Below, piece by piece: positions 28,785-40,715 of a stretch of DNA of 64,000 nucleotides; position 1 is the first letter of the stretch, and each line of letters begins with the position of its first letter. The position numbers and the translations under genes are program-made. The DNA is from the human T2T-CHM13v2.0 reference genome, Homo sapiens. The stretch is taken from NCBI RefSeq assembly GCF_009914755.1, contig NC_060935.1; one strand, given 5' to 3'. The notes under the pieces are model-generated. The model ran no database searches. It saw only the letters and a list, made by a program, of their open reading frames with translations, and had not been told where the DNA came from.

Positions 28785-28931
28785 AGAGCCAGCTGCTCCC
28801 CGGGAACAACTTCACCAATGAGTGCAACATACCAGGCAACTTCATGTGCAGCAATGGACGGTGCATCCCGGGCGCCTGGCAGTGTGACGGGCTGCCTGAC
28901 TGCTTCGACAAGAGTGATGAGAAGGAGTGCC
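28785..28931 (+). CDS. LDLRAD3: LDLRAD3 exon 2 (147 nt, phase 1-1), LDL-receptor class A domain 1
   Basis: Translates (E)[48 protein letters not shown](P): six Cys with LDLa spacing and the DCxDxSDE Ca2+ motif; matches recalled LDLRAD3 N-terminus. Branch point-like cTGAc at 28760-64, pyrimidine tract, cAG acceptor 28782-84, donor C|GTGAGT at 28931/32. Confidence 0.97.
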
Positions 28932-30000
28932 GTGAGTGGCCTGGCCCTTTGCTGGGGTGGGGTGGCAGCCATCCTGGGGCAGAGGGGAGCAGGTCCTGAG
29001 CAGGCTTAGACCCTGCACACTCTGCTTGCTGCAAGCTGGTGGTTTTGTGCCTCTTGCCAGCAGTCCTGCTTCTTTGCTGTATCTCCATCTCAGAGTCACA
29101 TGCTCTGTGTAGACACAGGGATCTTGGTGGTGGTGGAGCCAACGCTTTGAGAGAGCAGAAGGTTTTACCATCAGGCTCTACTAATCCCTACCCTGGAGTC
29201 CCATCCTTGCCTTCGCTTTATGTACGAGCCAACTGAGCATCCCAGAGGTTATGTGGCTGCAGCATCTTAAAACCAGCAAGTGGCACATTGGACTTGGGAA
29301 CCCAGGGCTGCCTGACACCAGAGTCCATGCTGGTGACCATCTTACAGAGCACCGTGGAATTTTCTTGATGATTAAATGAGGCATAGCATCCTGCCAAGTA
29401 TTCAGCATGGAGTTGGGACTGAATACATAGTAACGTGCTTTCCCATCCCCTTTTCTCTGCCGATAGATATGGCTTGAGCTTTGCTGGGGACATCATCTTC
29501 TAATGGGCACCACCAGGATCAAATGGTTTTGTGATCCTTCCCACCCCACCTCCTTTTCTGCCCTTTACCTGTTTCATGACGCCGAAACATGCATGAGATT
29601 TGGGTTGATGATCATCTACGAGAAAAGAGGCACCGGGGATGTGAGTTGAGAGGGGTCCGTGGTGTCAAATGATCCTGCTCCCTGCCCTGCAGAGGTGTAT
29701 TTCTCTTCCTCTTCAGTTTGTCTCTGCAGAGTGAGCTTGGCCATGGTGCCCTGTGTGGTTGTCCTCCTGGGTGCCCTGGTAGGTAGGAAGCATGACTGAC
29801 AAGTGGTGGGCACAGGGTTGTCTCACAGGGGATTGCCTTGAGACCACATGACTGGACGATGGTTCCTGGCTCTTTCATGTGCTTTGGGCACCAGGCCACG
29901 TGGCCTGTCTGACAGGAGAACTATGTGTCCTGGCTCTGAGCCTGCTGTCTCCCTGGAAGCCAGCTGAGGAAATAGCTGAAGACAGGTTAATCATTTGAAC

Positions 30001-30294
<294 letters not shown>

Positions 30295-30594
30295 AGTCAT
30301 TTGAATTTTTAACATATTTCTGACCAGAATTTGGGGCCGAGTCTGTTGACGCATGGGAACGGGCACTGGCTTTGGAGTTCACACACCTCTGGAGCAAGCT
30401 GCCCCCTCTGAAACTGGTCCTTCGCCCATCCAAGGGGTCCCATATCCCCAGTGCCTGCTCCTGCCCTTCAGAGAAGTTTTTGGGATGGGAAAATTGGGGG
30501 TGTGTTATTTGGGGAGAATATTTCATACTGCTTGTTGCATATGATCTTTCTGAATTGATCACTATACACACTGAATTTTTATTTTTGCAGAATT

Positions 30595-30886
30595 GTTTGT
30601 TTGTTTATTGTTTTCCAGCCCAGGCTGGAATGCAATGGCATGATCACAGCTCACTGCAGCCTCGACCTCCTGGACTCAAGTGATCCTCCCACTTTGATCC
30701 CCCTAGTAGCTGGGACCACAGGAGTGCGCCGTCACGCCTGGCTAATGTATTTTTATTTTTTGTAGAAACAGAGTTTCACCACGTTGCCCAGGTTGCTCTT
30801 GAACCCCTGAGCTCAATAATCCATCTACCTCCGCCTTCCAACGTGCTGGGATTACAGATTACAGATGTGAGCCACCAAGCCCGGCC
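30595..30886 (-). mobile_element. AluJ
   Basis: gatcacagctcactgcagcctcgacctcc; TSD tgcagaatt. Confidence 0.92.
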
Positions 30887-31643
30887 TGCAGAATTATTTT
30901 TTAAAAGTATTATTATGTCTATTTTAGCTTTTCTCTGTTTCTAACATGGCCTCAGAATTACTAGAGCTATAACATTAGTAATCTGAGCAAATGACATAGT
31001 ATGGGTGAGCTCTGTCATCTGTCTGGTTTTGAGGATTTATTAAACACTGTACAAGTGTGCCAAGTTACCATTTTTGAGATATGGTGTATATTTCAACTTC
31101 GGCACATACGGATTGTCGTTAGCTGACCTGGGAATGTTTGGCACATGATCAGTTTCTGAAAGAACGCAGGATTAAGGAGTTGATTCCTAAATTGTATGCC
31201 CAGCTTTGTCAATAGCAGCTGTGTGATATTAGTGCATTCTATGGCATTCTGTGTCCTGTCACTCCAGTCTCATGATTTTAGAATTCATGCTCAAACTGGA
31301 AGACATGGTGGAGAGCAAATGTTTTTTAAAAAGATGTTGCCGGCAGCTGCCTGGAGCTGCTTGGTTTGGTTTGGAACAGGCTCATTCTTGGCTATTCTCC
31401 ATTATTTTTTTCCCCTGACTTCCTACCCTTAACCCCCAAGTGTGGTGGAGGTTTGAGTGGCATTTATTTAGTCCTTTGAGCAAAACATAATTAAAAAACC
31501 ATGCGCCCCAAACATACATTAACCTCTCTCTGTAGCCCTTCTTTTTTTGTCTTTAAATCGTGAAAACAGAACATTAGAAAGTTTAGACAGTAGAGGGAAG
31601 GAGAAAAAGTCCCTTTTCTAAAACAAATTCTACTTTCATTTAA

Positions 31644-31953
<310 letters not shown>

Positions 31954-34900
31954 TAAAATTTCTTATATATTCCCTTTCAGCCTAGGAGTGAGGGTGTGAG
32001 CCCTTGAGAAGGCCGATTTGTGTCAAAATCAGAGCCCTTCTTCCCCCTTAGGGGGCTGTGTGATCGTGGGAAACTTACCAGAATGTTCTAAACTTTAGCC
32101 TTTGGGAGGTTTAAAGAGAATTCTTTAACCTCCTGGTGCCTCAATTTCCTCCTCTCCAAAATGGGGGTAATAAGGCTTCTGATACTTAACAGTGTTGTGA
32201 AATTTTAACCTGTATGAAGCACGCAGCACAGTGCCTGTATACAGTAAGTGGCTTGTAAACATTAACTGCTATTGGTTAAATCTGTATCAACTATTTTATT
32301 TGGTCGTTGTCATGGGGAAATACGGTTCAATTATCTGCTTTTTTCTACTTAACATTAGAGGCCCTTGGCCACATTCTATATTGAGGATTCACAGTTGTTT
32401 TGGGAGGCTGCCTAATGCTCTGTCAAGTAGTGACACTGTAACTTAACCATCCCTCTATGTTTCAGTCTCTTCTGTTTCAGTCTCTTCTGCACTTTTACTT
32501 CTGCTGGTCAAAATGTTTAGGATCATTTAAAGAACTTATGCATAACCAGACGACAGAAATATACAATGGTTTCAGCCAGAGTCAGGGTGGACAGGGCTGA
32601 GGTCTCCAGGGTGACCAACTTGACCACCTTTTCAAGGATGATGGAAACGGCTGATGTGGAATTTCTGCCGCCTTCCCAGAGGGAGGGAGACTGGTTCTGT
32701 GTCTTGCTTATGAGCTACAAAGCCCTTTCTCTGATTCTTTGGAGCAACTGGGTACTTAAGGGGAGGTGAGTGAAGGTGGCAGTGTTCTCGCCTCGGAGAG
32801 GTGATTACTTCAAGTGCCCTGTGGAGCTTTGGCATTGGAAAGATAATACGCTTCTTAAAAAAGAGAATTCTTGCCCTTTTCGAAGGGCAAGAAAGAGCCT
32901 GGAGAGGTGTGTCATGGTGGGATATGAGGCAGTGAGCAGCTCTTCTGTATCCACAGCAGAGGAAGGATTTTTACCAGAGAGGAAGATTTTTTTTTTTTAA
33001 TCGTGACGGTAATAAGATCACATATTGTAAAAATTGAGGGCAGAGAAGGAGGAAAAGCATCTGTACTCAGATCCACTATTGGCATCCTGGAAGTTCTCAT
33101 TCAGGCTTTTCCCCAGTGTAATCGCCAGGGGTGTACAGTTTTATATTTTGACATTTTCTCATGTAACATTTCAACCTGTTAACAGTTTTTCTGTATCTCC
33201 CCCCATTTTTCTCTTTATCATTTTTAGTGCCATTAACTTGCTATAATATGGTTTATTTACACATAATTTGGCATTTCTCTTCTTTCCAGTTTTCCACTAT
33301 GGGAAACAGTGCTCACTTGTGAACAGGAGGGTGGACATGACTTTCCCTCTGTTTTGAGAAATTTGCTTAGGCTAAATTCTCAGAATTAAAATTACTGGGT
33401 TGGAGGGAAGGCGCCTTTTCTGGCTCTTGACACCGACTGCCGACTTGTTTTGCTAAAGGTTTGCACCAGTTTGTTGGCAACATGTGAAAACTATGACTTT
33501 ATTTTAGTCTTGGCAGCCCTGGGTAACATCTTTAAAAAATATTTTTCTGGTTAATTTAATAATTGAAAAGTTACTTTTTTTAATTAAAAAAAATTATCTA
33601 GCTAGATTGAGTGTTTTCCCTTACCTCTAGTTACTAGTTTTATTTCTTTGTGAGATACCTATTGATGGACTAATATTAATTTCCAGCTGAGTTAAGACAT
33701 TAGATTTTCTGCCTCTTGAATCTGTAGAAGAGGGTCATTTTGGGACACTTTGAGTATATTTCTGTTCTTGGTTAGTGGAGTGCCCTCAGTGATAGTTTTA
33801 TCCAAATAACTTAAAAATAAAATAAAAGGAATAAAGATAATGTTTTACAAAAACGAGGAAGCTCCATGGAAGTCCTGATTATGAGGAGAGCTTATTAGAG
33901 CTTCCTCTAGGCCACACTATCCCAGGCATTTTACATTCTATTGATTCATTTGATTATTGCGGAAGCCTTATTAGTAACCGGCTGGTGTCATCTCCAGATG
34001 AGGAAATTGAGCAGTAGAGCGATTACATGGAGCTTGCCTGTTGGCCCAGAAAATAAGTCTCCATAACCTTCCTCCATCAGAGACCCCCAGTGGGGGCTTT
34101 CAGTCTTTTTCTCTAGGTATCTGTTACCCTGCTGAAATGGAATCTTACTGCTATCATGACATATTATCATGTCAAACCTGCTTTTTAAAAAGATTCTAAA
34201 AACGTCAATAATGGTTTCTTATAGAAATGAATATTTACATGGCCGTTAGTCCTGGGAGTCTCTGAAATGTTTTCCTTGAAGAGACTGTCCTTTGATTAGT
34301 GCTCCCCTCTGTAATAAAGCAGCAGTCCAAATTTCCAGAACCCACAGGGGACCAGGGGTCAAGAGCCTTAAGATCTTTTTCCAGTTCTGTGTTGATTTTA
34401 GCTGCTGTCTCTCCGTGTTCTAACCAAGTGGTTGAGGGGATCTTGAATGTTTGGGGTCGTCTTCCCAAGGCGGTTCATTTTCTTCTTTGGAAAGTTACAC
34501 TGATTGATGTCTTTGACTTTCCATGTACAGACCTGGCCCTTTATGTTTGGTGGGTGTGTTTGGTGGGGGGGTGTGGAGGAGGGATAAATTTGAGGACTTT
34601 GTTAAGTGATAAAATATTAATGAATCTCCAAATCCAGAGATAGAAAAGTAGGTGCAAAAATGGGATTTGAATTTTACTTGCTTTTACTGTTCCTGACCGT
34701 TTCTTGAACATGTGTTATTATTGCTCTGGTGTAAAGGCATAAATCCATGAGATAGGGTTGAGAGGGCAAGTTTGGGCAAATGATCACCACGAAATATAAG
34801 AGCAAGAAAGCTGGGGTTGAGATTGTTCAGGCTCCATACTCTTCCTCTTTTCCTTTTTAGCATCTGCCTCGTCTTCTGCCTCTAGGTGGTGCCACATATA

Positions 34901-35242
34901 TTTTCTTTTAAACTTGCACTGCAGGGCAAGTAGAGATGTGGGGAAAAAGTTGGATTCTGAGTTATCCTTTACCTTTTCTAAGCTTTACCAGGAATTCAGC
35001 TGTTTCTCTAGGGCACCTAATGCCGGCTCCACACACCAAATGCCTCTGGAAATCAGGAAGCTTTCATAGGATGGATAGAGCTTGCTGCTGCTTCTCTTGG
35101 GCCGTTCTGTCATTTCTCAAAGAAGGGGATGTGTTGGCTGATGAGCTGTGGCTTAGAAAGGCAACCTGTCAGTCATTGTGTGCAGCTGCAGTGGGCTCAG
35201 TTCTCCCCATCACTCTGTAGAAAGCAGAACTGGCACAACACT

Positions 35243-35669
35243 ATCATTTTGGGTTGAATTATAGCCCAGCCTTCCCCCACAATTTTCCTGTGTTGAAGTC
35301 CTAACCCCCAGTATTTCAGAATGTGACTTTATTTAAAGATGGAGTTTTATAAAGGTAACCAAGTAAAAATGAAGTTGTTAGGTGGGTCCTAATCCAATAC
35401 GACTGGAGTCCTTATGAAAAGGGGAAATTTGGAAGCAGAAATATGTACAGAGGGAAGATGATGTGAAGACTTGGAGCAAGAAGACAGCTGTCTACACTCC
35501 AAGGAGAGGGCCTGGAACAGATCCTTCCATCACAGCCCCCAGAGGGAATCAACCCTGCTAACACCTTGATTTCAGACTCCTGGCCATCAGAACTGTGAGA
35601 CAGTGAATTCTGTGGTGGAAGCTGTCCAATTTGTGGTACTTGGTTATGGCAGCCCTAGCAAACTAATAC
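35243..35669 (+). mobile_element. MLT1B-like MaLR LTR
   Basis: gggttgaatt...gaagtcctaacccccagta...gcagccctagcaaactaatac. Confidence 0.85.
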
Positions 35670-35682
35670 GACCATCAAACTA

Positions 35683-36012
<330 letters not shown>

Positions 36013-36119
36013 TTATTATATAGTGAATGATAGCTTCCTGCAGCTGTCTAACAGGCTGACGTCTGCAGACATCCTGCTTTCATTTTTTTCCTTTAACAAT
36101 TTGCAAGTAAGAATCTCAC

Positions 36120-36395
36120 TGTTATGGGTCAAATTGTATCTTCCAAAAGGATATAGGATATGTTGAAATCCAAACCCCCGGTATCTCAGAATGTGACCTT
36201 ATTTGGAAATGGGGGTCCTTGTGGATGTAATTAGTTAAGATGAGGTTGTACTGGAGTAGGGTGGGCCCTTAATCCAATGTGAATGTTGTCTTTATAAGAC
36301 GATAATATGAAGATAGGAGGGAAGAAGACCATGTGACAACAGAGGCAGAGACTGGAGGGAGGCACCTGCAAGCCAAGGAGTGCCAAGGATTGGCT
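36120..36395 (+). mobile_element. MLT1C-like LTR, 5' part
   Basis: tgttatggg...cagaatgtgaccttatttggaaat...caagccaaggagtgccaaggattg. Confidence 0.8.
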
Positions 36396-38244
36396 TTCTC
36401 GTATGAGTGAGATGTCCGGTTTTTTTTCTGCATCTTGGTTCTTGGCAAGCCACTGCTAGCCAAGGGCTGAATTCCAAGGGCCTTCTGAAGGAGTTGAGCC
36501 TCAGAAAACATAACTGGCACTCTGAAGGGTCTAGAGAATATCGTGGTTTAAAGCTCTGTCCATTAAACACTTCAGAATGAAAAGACATGCTCTTTCACAG
36601 CGCTTACGGTGTGCGGGAAATCCAAGACCTATGTATATTAGCGTTGCTTCTTTTCTCATTGAGTCATTCTGTTTGTATTTGGTTTTTAAATGTCTCACCT
36701 AATTCCTGGCATGATCCTCACTTCACTAAATTTCTTTAGTCTTAAATGCAAAACCATTAATGCTATGGTTAAGAACAGGGGCTTTGGGCCCAGACAGTAC
36801 TGAGTTCTCCCCCCAGCTTCCATTTATGACCTGTGCAGCCCCCGGGCTTACCATGCACCTATTTTCTCATCTGTAAAATGGAGATAATAGCAGTGCCTAT
36901 CCCAGAGATGTGATATTTCAGGGGTGATGTTTTAAACATCTAGTAAGTGCTGTGTGCAGGCCGTAAGCCAGTTAGAAAGGACTGGATTTAAACAATAGGT
37001 ACTGTTTCCTGGTGCAGAGAAGGTGAAGATCAGCTCTGAGTCTGACATGAGCTAATATGAGGCTTGTAGCTGGTGCCTGGTGTGAGTTAAGCATTCAGTG
37101 AATGCTAGCTGACCCTATTCCCTCAAACACATGTATACTGGTGACATTTCCTGGCCAGAGCAATGCTGGGAGTTATTACTCCCCTGTTCCCAACACCTCC
37201 ATCCTCCGCTTCCCCTTCCCACGCCCGGTCTTTTCTTGCTCTTAGTTTGAGAGCCTGTGCCACAGAAACACCTTCATCTGCTAGGCCAGTATCTGCTTTT
37301 CACTGTCCAGTCTTGGACACACATTCATGAGCTCACATGGAATAGCTTTTAGCTTAGAGCTCCAGGGAGCCAGCCAGATGCCCAAACTGGTGCAAAAGGG
37401 AAGGAAACAAACATTTGAGGGGCTGAGGTGAGCCAGGCTCTTGAGGTTGCAGGGAAGGAAGCTTGGAGGTACCTCTTCTGCATTCAGATGGGGACCTATG
37501 TCTTAATGGACCTGCAGTGGGCGCCCACCCCCAGAGTGGCTGCCATCCGCTGTTCTCAGCTCTGCTGGAGCCCTGCACAATTAAACACCTAAGTGGATTT
37601 TAATGACGATATTTTGCTTCAGCGCTCAGGCTTCTCAGCCTCCATGAGTATGTAGTCTTTTCCACCTTCACCACACTGGCCTGAAGTCAGCACCACTCCC
37701 TATGGCCTTCAGCACTGTAGGCCTAGAACTTGCAAAAATTACTGTCTTCCTGACCCCCTCTTGCCACTCCAGATGTGCTCTTTGTGCCTTGTGGCCTATG
37801 ATGAGGACAGACTTTCAGTTCAGATGTTGGAATCACAGCATGAAGTTTGAGGTGGGCATCTGATAAGCACCCACCTACATACAGACGTTTCCAGGTTGTC
37901 AGGCTACACTTAACATGCGTTTGACTGTATTCAAACTTTTCTTAAAGGCCCCTGGTAGATTTTTGAAGATGTTGGTAATTTTACACTAAGGGGAGGAAGT
38001 ACAAAGTGCTCCAAATCTTTCTGGTTTTATTAGTTTCCTAGGGCTGCTGTAACAACATACCACAAACTGGGTGGCTTAGAACAACAGATATTTATTCTTT
38101 CACAGTTCTGGAGGCTAGATGTCTAAGGCAAGGTGTCGGCCCGGCCGTGGTTTCTCTGAAGGTTCTAGGGGAGGATCCTTCCTTGCCTTGTCCTCACTTC
38201 TACTGATTTGCTGTCTGATATACTTTGGCCACTGATTAGCTGTC

Positions 38245-39104
38245 TGATATGGTTTGGCTCTGTGTCCCCACCCAAATCTCACCTTGAATTGTAATAACCC
38301 TCATGTGGTCATGGGTGGGACCTGGTGGGAGGTAATTGAATCATGGGGGTGGGTTTTTCCTGTGCTGTTCTCATGATAGTGAATAAGTCTCACGAGATCT
38401 GATGGGTTTTTTTTTTTTTTTTCATTTCAAAAAATTTATTTCAGTAGTTTTTGAGAAACAGGTGGTTTTTGGTTACATGGTAAGTTCTTTTTAAATTTTA
38501 TTTTAAGTTCTGGGATACATGTGCAGAAAGTGCAGGTGTGTTACATAGGTATACATGTGCCATGGTGGTTTGCTGCACCCATCAACCTGTCATCTAGGTT
38601 TTAAGACCCGCGTGCATTAGGTATTTGTCCTAATGCTCTCCCTCCCTTCGTCCCCCACCCCCAACAGGCCCCAGTGTGTGATGTTCCCCTCCCTGTGTCT
38701 ATGCATACCCATTGTTCAACTCCCACTTATGAGTGAGAACATGTGGTGTTTGGTTTTCTGTTCCTGTGTTAGTTTGCTGAGAATGATGGCTTCCAGCTTC
38801 ATCCATGTCCCTGCAAAGGACATGAACTCATTCTTTTTTATGGCTGCATAGTATTCCATGGTATATATGTGCCACATTTTCTTTATCCAGCCTGATCTGA
38901 TGGTTTTATGAATGGGAGTTCCCCTGTACCAGCTCTGTTGCATGCCGCCATGCAAGACGTGGCTTTGCTTCTCCTTTGCCTTCTGCCATGATTGTGAGGC
39001 CTCCCCAGCCATGTGGAACTGAGAGTCCAATAAACCTCTTTTTCTTTATAAATTACCCAGTCTCAGGTATGTCTTTATTAGCAGCATGAGAACAGACTAA
39101 TACA
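38245..39104 (+). mobile_element. THE1C-like LTR split by an L1
   Basis: TGATATGGTTTGG...GACTAATACA; 5-bp TSD CTGTC (38240-44 / 39105-09). Confidence 0.9.
38407..38893 (-). mobile_element. 5'-truncated L1PA (about L1PA8) with extra 3' segment
   Basis: L1PA 3' UTR 38490-38893; TSD gatctgatgg(g)tttt. Confidence 0.9.
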
Positions 39105-40329
39105 CTGTCCATCCTTGTGTTCTTTGGCTTGTAGATACATCACTCCGTCTCTGCCTCCATCATCCCATGGTTCTCTCCCTGTGTCTCTTTGCTTCTTTGT
39201 CCAGATTTCTTTTTTAAGGACACTGATCATTGGATTAGGACCCACCCTAATCTTGTATGACTTTATCTTAACTTCATTATATCAGCAAAGACCCAATTTC
39301 CAAATATAAGGTCACATTCACAGGTCCCAGGGCACTGTTCAACCTGCTACACTGGGTAAATATTGAGGAGGTAAAGCTCCCAGTGACCAGCAGCTACCAC
39401 CAGAGGAGGCCTTTGCAAACTTAGCTGCCTGGTGGTCCCCAAGCTGTGTGGATGCTCACTGCATTCACTTGGGGAATATCGCTATTAATTGTTTTACCTC
39501 TGCCTTTGTAGCATGGTGGTTATGGAACAAAACCAAGTGTGTCAATAAAGCAGGAAGGGTGATTCAAATGAGAAAATAAATAAATATATATATTTTAAAA
39601 GTCAGGTGGATGTACTCTTTTTTCTTCTATAATCTGATGCCTTCATTTGGCCATTTCCATAATGTGAGGATACTCTAAATGCTAGTTAGTATGTATGGCA
39701 GTCTGTGAAAGTTCTGTGCTTTTAGTAGCCCTGGGGCTGGAGGGGGCTGCTGTGGACTAAGCACACAGTGTCACCAGCTCTCCACTCTCCAGCCCTGTTT
39801 GGGACCTGGGAGGGCTCCAACTGGGGGTCCCAGCCAGTTTGGACTGCTGTCAGGTTTTGTTTGTCCTGCACAAGGACACTAAAAACAATAATTAGTTGTC
39901 GGTGTTTATAAAGCAAGAGCTTGCACATAAAAATTAGATTATCAGGTTTTCTTGAGAAATCAGATATTAGGTTACTTTTTGCACTCACAGAGAACCATGT
40001 CCATTCTGCATCTTTCATGCATTTCACCGTCTTGATCATTCTAAGGCCTCCAGTGTTTTTTAAATTCCGAGACACACATTTTTTCCCCACATTTTTCAAT
40101 GGGCTAAGAAAACACAGTGTCCTAATTTAATTGGCAGAGTTGTTTCTTTCTTAGTTGTACATAAAATAGTAGCATGCTTTGCACTCAGTGGCATCTTGGA
40201 TTCAATGAAATGCACTAATTTTCTCTGATTGTTAGCATATGATATTTCAGCCAATGGTGCTGAACATTTCCAAACAGATAAATGCACCATGTGTGTATGT
40301 TTTCCTTTGGATGCTGTGCTTAGAGGGTA

Positions 40330-40715
40330 GCAGACAGGGTGCAAAGTGAGAAGGACCTGGCTCTGCACCCAACACTGCCAGTATTGAATCCTGACTCCAT
40401 CATCTGGGAGCTGTGCAACCTACGCAAGGTACTTGGCCTCAGTTTCCTCATCATCCCCATGGCATTTTTGTGAGAATTAAATGAGCTGAAACCTTGAAAC
40501 CCCTTCAAACAGCAGCTGGCACAGAGGAAGCACACAATCAATGTCAGCTGTACTCTTCCTGGCAGTGTGGAGATCCCAGCTCTGCCCCTAGCTAGTCACT
40601 TCTCTTCTTGGAATCTCAGTTCCTTCATCTGGGAAATGGGAGCAGATGTGAAAAGGGGCAGGGTGAGAATACATATGAAAGTGCTGGCTCCTGGTGCATA
40701 GCAGGCACTTAATAC
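40330..40715 (+). mobile_element. two MIR fragments
   Basis: ggcctcagtttcctcatc and aatctcagttccttcatctgggaaatggg cores. Confidence 0.65.

Larger units (their letters stand above)
38026..39350 (-). mobile_element. MLT1C-like LTR split by THE1C
   Basis: tattagtttcctagggctgctgtaacaa... (38026-38240), resumes 39110-39350. Confidence 0.8.

Noticed and set aside
28782-28792. Tandem AGs at the exon 2 acceptor (cAGAGAG) as a NAGNAG site
   Set aside because: Offsets are +2, +4 and +8, not +3; all frameshift, and the first AG after the branch point is favoured
28678-29171. Antisense ORFs (154, 109, 92 aa) overlapping exon 2
   Set aside because: Shadow ORFs of a GC-rich coding exon; no recognisable domain
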